Position numbers and translations under genes: made by a program. DNA of 64,000 nucleotides from Promethearchaeota archaeon Loki_b32 (lineage in GTDB: Archaea > Asgardarchaeota > Lokiarchaeia > Sigyniarchaeales > SOKP01). The stretch is from assembly GCA_005223125.1 (NCBI GenBank), contig NJBH01000005.1:126780-190779 (forward strand). Direction: 5' to 3'. The notes beneath the pieces were generated by a model, which saw only the letters and a program-made list of their open reading frames with translations, was not told the origin of the DNA and searched no databases. This document shows, one piece after another, positions 9,734 to 20,350 of the stretch (positions are counted from its first letter, which is position 1; each line of letters begins with the position of its first letter).

Positions 9734-11785
9734 GTGAAAAAGTGGATGATTGAAATCAAGAAAGGAATGACTGAAAGTGAAATTGAAGACTACGTAAATT
9801 ATGTTCTAGAACAGATGACCTTGCAAGAAAAAGTCGCTCAAATGATTGGGAATGGAATAAATATAAAAGTGTTATTTGATGGAGGATTTGGAAAAAGAGT
9901 ATATGATGCGGCAGGTTCAGAAAAATACAATATTCCTTCGTTCAAATTTACTGATGGGCCTCGAGGAGTAATAATTCCTGGCTCTACCTGTTTTCCTGTA
10001 TCAATGGCTCGTGGAGCATCTTGGGACTTAGATTTAGAAGAAAGAGTTGGTGATGTGATAGGGAAAGAAGTTAGAGCAAATGGAGGTAACCTTTTTGGAG
10101 GCGTTTGTATAAATAATTTACGACACCCTTCGTGGGGAAGGGCTCAAGAAACATATGGAGAAGATACTTTTCAAATAGGTGAATTTGGTGCTGCTTTAAC
10201 TCGGGGTGTACAAAAACATAATGTTATGGCGACTGCTAAGCATTTTGCAGCTAATAGCATTGAAAAGGCTCGATTTAAAGTAAATGTTAAAATGGATGAG
10301 CGTACACTTCGTGAGGTTTACCTTCCTCACTTTAAGCGTTGTGTGGAGGAAGGATGCGCTACTATAATGAGTGCTTATAATAAAGTTCGTGGGAAATATT
10401 GTGGTCATAATGATTATCTATTACGGGATATTTTAAAAGGTGAGTGGAGTTTTCAGGGATTTGTTCATTCTGATTGGATCCATGGCGTGAAAGACACTGT
10501 AGGGGGAATAACAGGAGGATTAGATGTTGAGATGCCTCGAGCAAAATATTATAAATTTAAGAAAATTGAAACAGCTCTACAAGAAAGTAAGATTTCAGAA
10601 ACCCTAATTGATGAGGCGGCTAGCCGAGTAATGCGGACAATTCTTCGCTATACTACTAAGGAAGATCCTCAAACATATGAACCTAGCTTAATTGGATGTA
10701 AAGAACATCGTCAGGTGGCATTAGAAGCTGCAGAAAAAAGTATGGTCCTCTTAAAAAATGAAAAGGATGTATTACCATTGGATAAGAAGAAAATTAACAA
10801 ATTAGCAATGTTTGGAAAATTAGCAAGAGTTAGAAATACCGGTGATCACGGTAGTAGTGATGTGAATATCAAAAAAGTTATTACTCCGTTAAAAGGAATA
10901 AGAAATTTTTTAGGAGATTCTATTGAAGTGGCCTATGATGATGGAAAAGATCCAAGGGGTGTTAAAAATACTGCTAAAGAAGCAGATGCAGCGATTGTGG
11001 TCGTTGGATTAACCTATAAGGATGAAGGTGAATATATTATTGAAAAAAGAACTGGTGGGGATCGAGAGAATTTGTCTTTACACGATGATCATATTGAATT
11101 AATTAAAGCAGTTGTTTCTGAAAATGAAAAATGTATTGTTGTTCTAATTGGAGGGAGTGCTATAACTATGGAAGGATGGAAAGATCACGTACCCGCTATT
11201 TTATTGGCTTGGTATTCAGGTGTAGAAGGGGGTAATGCTTTAGCGAAAATACTTTTTGGTGATGTCAATCCCGGCGGAAAATTACCTTTTACAATTCCTA
11301 AAGATCCTCAACATTTGCCTTTCTTCGATAAAAATGCAGAGGAAATTGAATACGGATATTATCATGGTTATACTCTTTTTGATAAAGAGAGTTATGAACC
11401 AGCGTTCCCATTTGGTTATGGCTTAAGTTATACTTCCTTTAATTATAGCAATTTAAATGTTGAAGTAACAGATGATAAAATAATTGCCACTGTAGATATT
11501 AAGAACAGTGGAAAAGTTGCTGGAGATGAAATAGTCCAACTATACATAGGATTTGAACTATCTCAGATAGATCGTCCTGTAAAACTTTTAAAAGGATTTT
11601 CACGAATGAATCTAGAACCAAATGAAATTAAACCAGTTAAAATTGAAGTACCTTATAAAAATCTTGCGTGGTATAATCCAAAATCGAAATCATGGGAAAT
11701 TGAACAGATAACATATACACTTTACGTGGGTTCATCTTCAAGAAAGGAAGATCTATTATCTACTCAATTTAATTTAAGAAATTAA
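9734..11785 (+). CDS. GH3 beta-glucosidase / beta-xylosidase
   Basis: DGPRG, WGRAQETYGED, KHF, MSAYN, SDW nucleophile, FPFGYGLSYT, FnIII-like tail. Confidence 0.95.
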   Translation: MKKWMIEIKKGMTESEIEDYVNYVLEQMTLQEKVAQMIGNGINIKVLFDGGFGKRVYDAAGSEKYNIPSFKFTDGPRGVIIPGSTCFPVSMARGASWDLDLEERVGDVIGKEVRANGGNLFGGVCINNLRHPSWGRAQETYGEDTFQIGEFGAALTRGVQKHNVMATAKHFAANSIEKARFKVNVKMDERTLREVYLPHFKRCVEEGCATIMSAYNKVRGKYCGHNDYLLRDILKGEWSFQGFVHSDWIHGVKDTVGGITGGLDVEMPRAKYYKFKKIETALQESKISETLIDEAASRVMRTILRYTTKEDPQTYEPSLIGCKEHRQVALEAAEKSMVLLKNEKDVLPLDKKKINKLAMFGKLARVRNTGDHGSSDVNIKKVITPLKGIRNFLGDSIEVAYDDGKDPRGVKNTAKEADAAIVVVGLTYKDEGEYIIEKRTGGDRENLSLHDDHIELIKAVVSENEKCIVVLIGGSAITMEGWKDHVPAILLAWYSGVEGGNALAKILFGDVNPGGKLPFTIPKDPQHLPFFDKNAEEIEYGYYHGYTLFDKESYEPAFPFGYGLSYTSFNYSNLNVEVTDDKIIATVDIKNSGKVAGDEIVQLYIGFELSQIDRPVKLLKGFSRMNLEPNEIKPVKIEVPYKNLAWYNPKSKSWEIEQITYTLYVGSSSRKEDLLSTQFNLRN

Positions 11786-11956
11786 TAAAAATATATTTCT
11801 CTAATCTTTTAATTTATTCTTCTTTACTTGTTTCAGAAGATTTATATGATGATATTGATCTTACCCCTTTGACAAAGCAAAATTTTCTTCTCAGCCATAA
11901 ATCATCAAAAGAAAAAATGAAAAATTCTTAATTAAAGGTTCTCTAATTATTAACTA

Positions 11957-13318
11957 ATGAACCTTAATCCTCTTCACAAACGGTTTGAAACATTTACATA
12001 TAAAAATTTAAATGATTTAGAGAAAAAAGTTGCTGAATTGGGATTAGAAATTCCAATATATCCTCGGGTAGAAATTCTCCAGCAAAAAGTAAAAATAAAA
12101 AATGTGTTTATACCTAATCGATTAGCTATACAGCCAATGGAAGGTTTTGATGCTGATTTAGATGGTACACCTGGAAAATTAACTTTTAGACGATATGAGC
12201 GATATGCTAAAGGTGGAGCGGGATTAATTTGGTTTGAAGCAACAGCGATTAACCATGATTGCCGTTCAAATCCTCATCAATTATTAATATCAGAAGAAAA
12301 TTCTAAAAAATTAAAAGAATTGGTCTCATTTACAAGAGATATTTGTAATAAATCTCTAAAAAAATTAGGATTTGAAAATGAGTGCGTTTTAATTATACAA
12401 TTAAATCATTCTGGAAGATATTGTGTAAGAAATAGTAAAAAATACCCTATAAGGGCATATCATAATGTTGAGTTAAATAATGCAAAAGGACTTTCAGATA
12501 AGGATGGACGTGTAGTATCTGATGAGGAACTCAAACAATTAGAGGATATTTGGGTTCAAAAGACGACTTTAGCAAAAAATATTGGTTTTGATGGAGTAGA
12601 TATAAAATCCTGCCATGGTTATTTAATCCATGAATTATTTAGCTCAAGAGTTCGAGAAGATTCTGAATATGGGGGAACTTCTCTTGAAAATCGATCAAGA
12701 TTATTTCTAAATATTATTAAAAAATTGAATAATATAAGGGACTTCATAATAACTACACGAATGAGTGTTTATGATGGAATTCCATATCCTAATGGGTTCG
12801 GGGTAAAATCAGTAGAAAATGATAAATTTCCAGCAATAATAGATCTTACTGAACCCATTGAGGTAATTAATAAAATTTATAATCAAGGAGTAAGATTAAT
12901 TAACATTTCTGCTGGAAACCCTCATTATAAACCTCACATTACACGTCCATATGATATACCCATAAAGGGAGGAAGTCCGCCTAATGAACATCCATTATAT
13001 GGAATAAATAGAATCTTAAATTTAGTATCTTTAATTAAAAGTCATTTACCAGATGATATGATAGTTATGGGATCCGGCTATTCATATTTGCGCCAATTTG
13101 CAGGTTATATTGCAGCAGGTATGGCTCATGAAAAAAAGGTGGATATTTGTGGATTTGGAAGGATGGCATTGGCTAATCCTAACTTCCCAAAACAGATTTT
13201 CCAAGAGGGGATTATTGATAAGAAAAAAGTTTGTATTACTTGTTCTAAATGCTCTGAATTTATGAAACTTGGAGAAAATGTAGGATGTGCTACAAGAGAT
13301 CCTCAATATAAGAAATAA
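11957..13318 (+). CDS. NADH:flavin oxidoreductase (Old Yellow Enzyme family)
   Basis: QPMEG, QLNHSGR, GFDGVDIKSCHGYL, YGG.SLENRSR, C-terminal CxxCxxC. Confidence 0.92.
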   Translation: MNLNPLHKRFETFTYKNLNDLEKKVAELGLEIPIYPRVEILQQKVKIKNVFIPNRLAIQPMEGFDADLDGTPGKLTFRRYERYAKGGAGLIWFEATAINHDCRSNPHQLLISEENSKKLKELVSFTRDICNKSLKKLGFENECVLIIQLNHSGRYCVRNSKKYPIRAYHNVELNNAKGLSDKDGRVVSDEELKQLEDIWVQKTTLAKNIGFDGVDIKSCHGYLIHELFSSRVREDSEYGGTSLENRSRLFLNIIKKLNNIRDFIITTRMSVYDGIPYPNGFGVKSVENDKFPAIIDLTEPIEVINKIYNQGVRLINISAGNPHYKPHITRPYDIPIKGGSPPNEHPLYGINRILNLVSLIKSHLPDDMIVMGSGYSYLRQFAGYIAAGMAHEKKVDICGFGRMALANPNFPKQIFQEGIIDKKKVCITCSKCSEFMKLGENVGCATRDPQYKK

Positions 13319-13437
13319 TGATTAGTGTAATTATTATAAGTTTTGCCTTTCACAAGAAAATCAGTTCTTTTTGAAATTCGGTATACTAGCTGAATTAATT
13401 TTACTATTGATACTTGGTAGTTAAAAAAAAAAATTAG

Positions 13438-14202
13438 TTAAACATTTATAAATTTTACATTGCTCCTGCTTTTTCGAAGTTTTATCAATTTATCGGGATA
13501 ATTTGTGTATATTCCGTCCACAACTTTTCCTTCATATTTTAAATTTAGGTATTTCTTCATAAAGTATTTGAACAGAACTGCCCATAAATATAATTTAAAG
13601 CCATCTTTCTTTACACGTCTAAAAATTTCATGATTGAACCGATGATGACATAAATTAACAACTTGAATATTCAATTTTTTCATTTGATCTAGTAACAAAA
13701 AATTATCTTGTATGATTTGTTTATCTGAATACAATGAATTTACTAATGTTATTCGTTCATTTTTTTCTCTTAAAGGTTTAAGAAGAGAATCAAATGATTT
13801 CCTATAAGTAGCTGGTTTTGTAATCTCGATCTTGTCTATAAGATCATATTGCTTTGCAATATCAATAATCTTCAGTCCTGTTTCTACTTTAAATACATCG
13901 AAATTATACCTAATTTTATCTTTAAACGTCTCAAACATCTCTCGGAGTGTAAGAATAGATTCACCATTCTCTAAATTAAACTGCTTAATTTCTTTTAATT
14001 TTAACTCTTCTAATGGGGTCTTTTTGCCATCAATTAAAAGATATGGAAAAAATCTAAGAACAACGGCTCTATCTTTTGATAGTCGAGCCTCAGTTTTGAT
14101 CCCATCAACTCCCATATCAACTGCTTTCTTAAAAGATGACATTGAATTTTCAATTCCCCTAAAACCTGCTCCTCTATGACCCCATATTATTGTATAATCC
14201 AT
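13438..14202 (-). CDS. Glycerophosphodiester phosphodiesterase family
   Basis: WGHRGA..ENS, DGIYTNYPD; the usual E-x-D and H-D residues look altered (KTEARLS...LRF). Confidence 0.8.
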   Translation of the reverse strand: MDYTIIWGHRGAGFRGIENSMSSFKKAVDMGVDGIKTEARLSKDRAVVLRFFPYLLIDGKKTPLEELKLKEIKQFNLENGESILTLREMFETFKDKIRYNFDVFKVETGLKIIDIAKQYDLIDKIEITKPATYRKSFDSLLKPLREKNERITLVNSLYSDKQIIQDNFLLLDQMKKLNIQVVNLCHHRFNHEIFRRVKKDGFKLYLWAVLFKYFMKKYLNLKYEGKVVDGIYTNYPDKLIKLRKSRSNVKFINV

Positions 14203-14330
14203 ATTTTTCTCCCTTTCAAATTAATTACTTATATAAATTATAAACAATTATTTAAACGAATTTATTTTAATTTAAAAATTTCTCAAACAGAATCGTTTTA
14301 AAAATTAGGAAAAATGGTGGAGGAATTTAT

Positions 14331-15227
14331 ATGAAATTATTACGTACACCTGATGATAAATTTGAAAATCTACCTGACTTCCCATTCAAACCTAACTATA
14401 TAGAAATCGATGGAATCAGAATCCATTATGTAGATGAAGGACCTAAAAATGCTGAAACTATACTCCTTATGCATGGTGAACCTTCATGGTCCTATTTATA
14501 CAGGCATATGATTCCAATTCTAGTAAAAGCGGGTTTTAGAACAATTGCTCCTGATTTGGTTGGATTTGGGCGATCTGATAAACCAACTGAACAAAGTGAT
14601 CACACTTATCGAAAACACGTCGATTGGATGGGAAAATGCTTAAAACACCTTGATCTTAGAAATGTTACTTTATTTTGCCAGGATTGGGGTTCTTTAATAG
14701 GTTTAAGAGTTGCTATTGAAAATCAAGAACGATTTGTTAGGATTATTTTATCAAATGGAGGATTACCCACTGGAGAACAGAAGATGAGTAAAGCATTTTT
14801 AGATTGGCAAGAATTCTCTAGAATTACTCCGAAATTTTATGTTGGAAGGATTATACAGGGTGCTACGGTAAATAAATTACCTAGAGATGTAATCAAAGCA
14901 TACGATGCTCCATTTCCGGATGACACTTATAAAGCGGGAGCTATAATTATGCCTTCATTGGTTCCAACTACAAAAGATGATCCAGAGCATGAGGCGAATA
15001 AAAAAGCATGGGAACAGTTCTTTCAGTGGAAGAAACCATTTTTAACAGCTTTCTCCGACAGCGACCCAATTACTAGAGGGGGTGATAAGTTTTGGCAGGA
15101 AAATGTTCCTGGAGCACAAGGACAAAATCATACCATTATTAAAAATGCGGGACATTTTGTACAAGAAGATAAAGGTCCTGAATTAGCTAACCTCATAGTG
15201 AAATTTATCAAAAATAATTCTTTGTAA
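14331..15227 (+). CDS. Haloalkane dehalogenase
   Basis: LRTPD N-terminus, HGEPSWSYLY, QDWG nucleophile, AGHFVQED catalytic His. Confidence 0.92.
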   Translation: MKLLRTPDDKFENLPDFPFKPNYIEIDGIRIHYVDEGPKNAETILLMHGEPSWSYLYRHMIPILVKAGFRTIAPDLVGFGRSDKPTEQSDHTYRKHVDWMGKCLKHLDLRNVTLFCQDWGSLIGLRVAIENQERFVRIILSNGGLPTGEQKMSKAFLDWQEFSRITPKFYVGRIIQGATVNKLPRDVIKAYDAPFPDDTYKAGAIIMPSLVPTTKDDPEHEANKKAWEQFFQWKKPFLTAFSDSDPITRGGDKFWQENVPGAQGQNHTIIKNAGHFVQEDKGPELANLIVKFIKNNSL

Positions 15228-15452
15228 AAAATTTCATTAAGATTTTTATTATGAGCTTTTAGGTGCTCCAAGTTTTTTTTAATCTCCAGATAATCCAAAT
15301 GTTCTTGTTTATCGCGAAAGTTCTGAGCTGCCATTATATTCTTAAAAATAAAGATATATTAAGAACATTTTTTATGTATATTTTGGAAAGAAATGTAAAA
15401 TTTTTCTGAAATTAGTTGAGGTATTTTAGATTTTTTGAATCAAGTGTTATAA

Positions 15453-16442
15453 ATGTCAGAAGAAAGTTTAAGAGAAGTAATAGGATTAGCCAAAAAGTCA
15501 AAATGGAATCAAATAAAGAAATACATTAAATTTATTGTTCAAAAAACGTTGAAAAAAGAGGCAGGATATAGTTTAACGGCTCTTGATGTCTTAATTAATG
15601 GAAAAAAACTACCAAAATTAACGATTGCAATTAAAAATAAAGAAGAAGTTAAAGAAATTGACAAAATTATGGATTTTAATCACCTCTCTCTTTATCAAGC
15701 TACACAGAATTCGAATAATTTGATCGAAATTTCACAAAATAATGGCACACTTCTCGTTTTAGCAAAATTTCTCGGTCCAAGCTTAAATAATTATCAAGTA
15801 TTTGATTTTTCTGTACATTTAGATGCATTAGATGATCCTTTTTTCACAATTGGAAATGGGAAGAAAATAGATAGTTCTGAGATATTGAAGATTATTAATG
15901 CAAATTCAGTACTAAATGTTAAATCTAGAAAAGAAATAACAAAGAAAGATTCAAAACTAACAGAAGAGACAAAGATTCAAGATATAGAAGTTTTTATTTT
16001 TGAAAAATTGACTGAAAAAAATGCTATTTGGAATGGAACTGAAACAAAAACTTTTCAGAATTGGAAGGTAAAATTGAAAAATAAATATCGTAAAGAATCG
16101 GGGAATATTGCTTATTATAAAGGAAAACCTACTAAAAAGTATTCACAGCATTTAGAAAATCTTCTTAGGAATAAAGAGAATAAAATTAGAAGACCTTCAA
16201 AAAAATTAATTAAAAAAGAATCGAGTTCTAAGAAGGATGATAAAGAAATTTTAGAGCAATTCATCTTTAAAACGCTAGCTAATAAGAATGCTTTTTGGAA
16301 TGGAGCTGAAACAAAAAACTTTATAGATTGGAAACGTAGAATCCATAAAAAATATAATAAAGATACAGGAAAAAATCCATTTTATAGAGGAAAATTAACT
16401 CAAAATTTTCAAAAATATCTAAAAAATCTTATTAAAACCTAA
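15453..16442 (+). CDS. Basic hypothetical protein with duplicated ~61-aa C-terminal domain
   Basis: FIFEKLTEKNAIWNGTETKTFQNWK vs FIFKTLANKNAFWNGAETKNFIDWK. Confidence 0.75.
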   Translation: MSEESLREVIGLAKKSKWNQIKKYIKFIVQKTLKKEAGYSLTALDVLINGKKLPKLTIAIKNKEEVKEIDKIMDFNHLSLYQATQNSNNLIEISQNNGTLLVLAKFLGPSLNNYQVFDFSVHLDALDDPFFTIGNGKKIDSSEILKIINANSVLNVKSRKEITKKDSKLTEETKIQDIEVFIFEKLTEKNAIWNGTETKTFQNWKVKLKNKYRKESGNIAYYKGKPTKKYSQHLENLLRNKENKIRRPSKKLIKKESSSKKDDKEILEQFIFKTLANKNAFWNGAETKNFIDWKRRIHKKYNKDTGKNPFYRGKLTQNFQKYLKNLIKT

Positions 16443-16452
16443 TAAAAAGGCT

Positions 16453-17100
16453 TTAATGAGTGCCTTTTAATTTATTAAGTGCTTTCTTCAACACATTTCT
16501 ATTGGAATTTGGATAATATTGGGAATAATCTAAAATCTTTTCTTCAGAAATTCCATCCAGCAATTTATAAGCCTCAATTAATATCCTGCTTTCATTCATG
16601 TGGTTATATTGCCATAAATAAATTAAATCTAATATTGTTTTTTCGTGATCTGAATACTTGACCTTATTATCTATAATTCCAAAATTAAAAAGAGCATTCT
16701 TAAATGTTAAAAATCTAAAGTCTTTCCCTAAAATCTTGATAGGTTTTTCTTTTATAATTTGATCGTTAATAAGATAAAACATATCATTTTCATGTTCATA
16801 TTCGAAATTGATTAGATTTAATGCAGTATAAAGTCCGAAATACCAATTTTTAACATTTTTTAATTCAAGACCCTTTCCCACAAGTTCCAAGATTGAGTAG
16901 TTAAGTTTATTTTGCAGGATTTCTTCTTCAGATTTCACATAATAAATATCATCTAGAATATTTAATAAAAAACCACGAGTAACTAAATAATTACTGATTG
17001 TTCTATAATCTAAATAGAGATCTTTACTATATATTTGTAATTCTTCAGAAGTTACAAATTCCTTATTATCTTGCTTTATTTTTTTTAGAACACGAATCAT
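16453..17100 (-). CDS. AbiEi-like type IV antitoxin / transcriptional regulator
   Basis: N-terminal wHTH (LVTRGFLLNILDDIYYV), WYFGLYTAL, SDHEKTILDLIY. Confidence 0.7.
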   Translation of the reverse strand: MIRVLKKIKQDNKEFVTSEELQIYSKDLYLDYRTISNYLVTRGFLLNILDDIYYVKSEEEILQNKLNYSILELVGKGLELKNVKNWYFGLYTALNLINFEYEHENDMFYLINDQIIKEKPIKILGKDFRFLTFKNALFNFGIIDNKVKYSDHEKTILDLIYLWQYNHMNESRILIEAYKLLDGISEEKILDYSQYYPNSNRNVLKKALNKLKGTH

Positions 17101-17269
17101 AAATCTAATCTAAAAATTTAATTGAACTTAAAAAAATCAAGAAAAAAATTTTACTATATCCTAAATAATGCACCTTAGTTTTAATTCTTTTAGGTAAAAA
17201 ATGCAAATTTTAAAAAAAAAATTATAAATCTTTAAGAATTTTTTAGAGAGATTACTCACGCATGGCATA

Positions 17270-17704
17270 CATTACCGCAATTAAAAATTCAATAATATAT
17301 ATCGCAATTAATATTTGAATACCCCGTGAAAACCTTAAAGCACTTGAACTCTTGAAAAGTACATAAAAAATGGGAAGTTACATCCATGGAATGAAGCCTA
17401 CGAATAGCCCAACAACAGATTTCAATACTAAAAAGAGATACAACAAAATTAACACCCCAATAATTATAATAATCCAAAGAATAGTTAGAGAATTAAATTG
17501 TCACTTATCTTTTTTAATTTTTTTTAATTTCTTCTCGATTTATGAGCCAATTTGGCAATAATATTACACCCTCATTAAAACCTAACATTTCCAAGATACT
17601 AGCATGCGGATATGTTGTATAGAACCAAATAGTAAGGGGTATCTAGAAAATGTGTACAATGCTATTATACTACCTAGAATCGCCCATAGTAAGAATATCC
17701 ACAT
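17270..17704 (-). pseudogene. Degraded membrane-protein gene
   Basis: Hydrophobic frames (MWIFLLWAILGSIIALY...; LTILWIIIIIGVLILLYLFLV...; IQILIAIYIIEFLIAVMYAMRE*) broken by stops and frameshifts. Confidence 0.4.
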
Positions 17705-17824
17705 TAGAGAATTTTAATAGAAAGTCGATTTTACTAATTTGTCAAATGGGAAAAATTATACCTTATTTCTTTTTATGTCAATCGAATTTTGTTTAACCAC
17801 ACACATTTTATTGGGTGTTAAAAT

Positions 17825-20170
17825 ATGAGAAAAAAACAAATTTTAGCAATTTTAATAGTACTAATTATTGTAAATGTAGCTACTATTTCAATGGCTCTTT
17901 TGATAACCGGAAAAACTAAAAATGATCTTAATCTCAATGACGATCTGCTAAACTACCTTACAATCAGGGATTATAAATCAGTTGATGGGACTCATAGCCT
18001 TGAAGGTAAAACAACAGATGATCTACCATTTTTAAGCGGTTTAGCAATGTCAACTACACAACCATCTACAACAGACTCATGGCTTGTGAACTGTAGTGAT
18101 GATTTTTATGGTGGTATTTACGAACAAGAGTTTGAGTGCGTACTGGAAGGTGTTCATGTTAATATTTGGATTGGATTGAACCCAGAAGTTTGGGAGGACG
18201 GTTTCCAAGATGAATATGTTCCTGGTGAATGTTTTGAAGATGATGTTTGGTATTTTGCTTATCCTTGGAGTTCAATAGGCATTGATGCAGTTGAGGCTGG
18301 GGCTCCTGATCCTGATGAGGATGGATTCTATTTACCACCTGGGTATCGAGACTGGATAACTGGAGCAGATTTGATCGAAATTCAAGGTGAATTCGATAAC
18401 AATATTCATGATACTGTTGTCGATCATTTTGGTGAATATAGTGATCGACCAGGTCCCTTAGGTGATTATAAGATTCAAGTATTAATATTCAACATGCGGG
18501 ATGGGCTCTTCTATGAACCAATTGAAGCTGGTTGGTTTATAATGGGATATTTCTGGTCCAAAATAAGTGAAGAAAACAATGCAAACATATTCCATATGGA
18601 TACATATCAATGGTGGAGACGACAAGGTCATCCAACCGAAAGCTTTTATGGCCTTGAACCACTTCCAGTTCAATATGAAGGTACATTTGCCCATGAATTT
18701 CAACACCTTACACATTATGATGTAGATAGTGATGAATTATCTTGGGTTAATGAAGGATGTTCTGTATTGGCTGAATGGATATGCGGATATGGATTTCCAG
18801 CAGGGCACATTTCAGAGTATTTACTCTACTGGTGGGATACTTCATTAGTAATCTGGCAAGGTACATTGGCTGATTACGGAGTAGTGTTTCTGTGGACTTT
18901 CTATATGTGGGAACATTATGGTGGAGATGCGCTAATATGGGATCTTGTTCATCATCAAGACAACGGAATAGAGGCATGGAATGATTTGCTCATAAATGAA
19001 GGATATGGAAATGGAAAAGATTTTGATGCAATCTTCCAAGATTGGGCGCTTGCGAACTATATTGATGACACATCAATTGAAGGCGGGATTTATGGTTATT
19101 ATGATTTGGATATTCCCTCTGAAGATACAGAAGGGTTTTCCATCTCATTAGCTATGGAACTATGGCAATCAGGTAGTAATATGCCCTTCTTTGACTGGCT
19201 CGTTAATAATTATCCGGCTTCTGGAATACCTTATCCATATGGTTCCTCACTACCCTATGTTGTTAATTATGTTAAATTCTACAAGGAAGGGGCATCCCAC
19301 ATACTCTCAGTTGAGTTTGATGGTGATGATACCTGTGGTGTTTCAGCACATGATGGTGATTATAAGTGGCATTCAGGTGGAGATGCATGGGCATGGTTTA
19401 GACTTGGTCAAACCTTTACTATACCAGAAGGAGGAGCAACTTTGAGTTTCTGGAACAACTTTGAGATCGAACTAGAGTGGGATTTTGGCTATGTAGAAGT
19501 TCATGATCTTACCGATGATGAGTGGTACACTCTTCCAGGAACCATGACAGTCGCAGATGTTGGTTTCAATTACCAAACTGACAATCCAAACTGCCCAGAT
19601 GGCTTTGAACCAACGGACTATTATGATGCTGACAGATGGTATGCTTTCACAGGTTCGAGTGGTGGTTGGTACCAAGAATTCATGGATCTCACAATGTTTG
19701 CAGAGCATGATATAGAATTATACTTTACCTACTGGACTGATCCATATACCCTTGAAGCAGGATGGTATATTGACGACATTTCAATCCCCGAAATTGGTTT
19801 TAGCGACACTGTTGAAGATGAAGAACATGGGTGGACAATATATGATGGATGGTTCAGAAGCAATATACTTTATGACAATGATTTTAATGTGAACTTTATC
19901 GACATTTTTAACGAATATGGCAAGAATGGAGTATTGGTGGATTCTACATACTTTATAGAATCTATGAGTCTCGATCCTGAAACTGAAATTGGTCTACATG
20001 AGGCACCTTTGATTGATAATGGTGGTTACGAGTCATATTCTGTAATGGTGGTTGCTAACCAACCAGGATTCGAACATACACATGGAAGTTCTTACTTGTT
20101 CAGTGCAGATGTTCTCAAAGTCGAAGACTATGATTGGCTTTGGCGCTGGTTATTTGGAGCGTTAATGTAG
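17825..20170 (+). CDS. Secreted zinc metalloprotease (M30/M6 immune inhibitor A-like)
   Basis: Signal/anchor helix; AHEFQH...WVNEG zinc motif; InhA-like C-terminal domain (WDFGYVEV, YWTD, GWYIDDI). Confidence 0.85.
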   Translation: MRKKQILAILIVLIIVNVATISMALLITGKTKNDLNLNDDLLNYLTIRDYKSVDGTHSLEGKTTDDLPFLSGLAMSTTQPSTTDSWLVNCSDDFYGGIYEQEFECVLEGVHVNIWIGLNPEVWEDGFQDEYVPGECFEDDVWYFAYPWSSIGIDAVEAGAPDPDEDGFYLPPGYRDWITGADLIEIQGEFDNNIHDTVVDHFGEYSDRPGPLGDYKIQVLIFNMRDGLFYEPIEAGWFIMGYFWSKISEENNANIFHMDTYQWWRRQGHPTESFYGLEPLPVQYEGTFAHEFQHLTHYDVDSDELSWVNEGCSVLAEWICGYGFPAGHISEYLLYWWDTSLVIWQGTLADYGVVFLWTFYMWEHYGGDALIWDLVHHQDNGIEAWNDLLINEGYGNGKDFDAIFQDWALANYIDDTSIEGGIYGYYDLDIPSEDTEGFSISLAMELWQSGSNMPFFDWLVNNYPASGIPYPYGSSLPYVVNYVKFYKEGASHILSVEFDGDDTCGVSAHDGDYKWHSGGDAWAWFRLGQTFTIPEGGATLSFWNNFEIELEWDFGYVEVHDLTDDEWYTLPGTMTVADVGFNYQTDNPNCPDGFEPTDYYDADRWYAFTGSSGGWYQEFMDLTMFAEHDIELYFTYWTDPYTLEAGWYIDDISIPEIGFSDTVEDEEHGWTIYDGWFRSNILYDNDFNVNFIDIFNEYGKNGVLVDSTYFIESMSLDPETEIGLHEAPLIDNGGYESYSVMVVANQPGFEHTHGSSYLFSADVLKVEDYDWLWRWLFGALM

Positions 20171-20350
20171 GAGTCTTTATATCTAATAACTTACTTTTTT
20201 TTTTTTGATTTATTTATTCTTAGTTGTTTCATAATATAATTAAAATTTCTTTCTTGATTATTTTTTGAAGAGTAAATATTATATTCTCAATCAAACTAAG
20301 TATTATAGCAAAAAGAGTAAATTGTATATAGAGAGGAGTTATTCCTTACA

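Noticed and set aside
15128-15334. 68-aa minus-strand ORF
   Set aside because: Overlaps the dehalogenase 3' end by 100 bp; no recognisable motif
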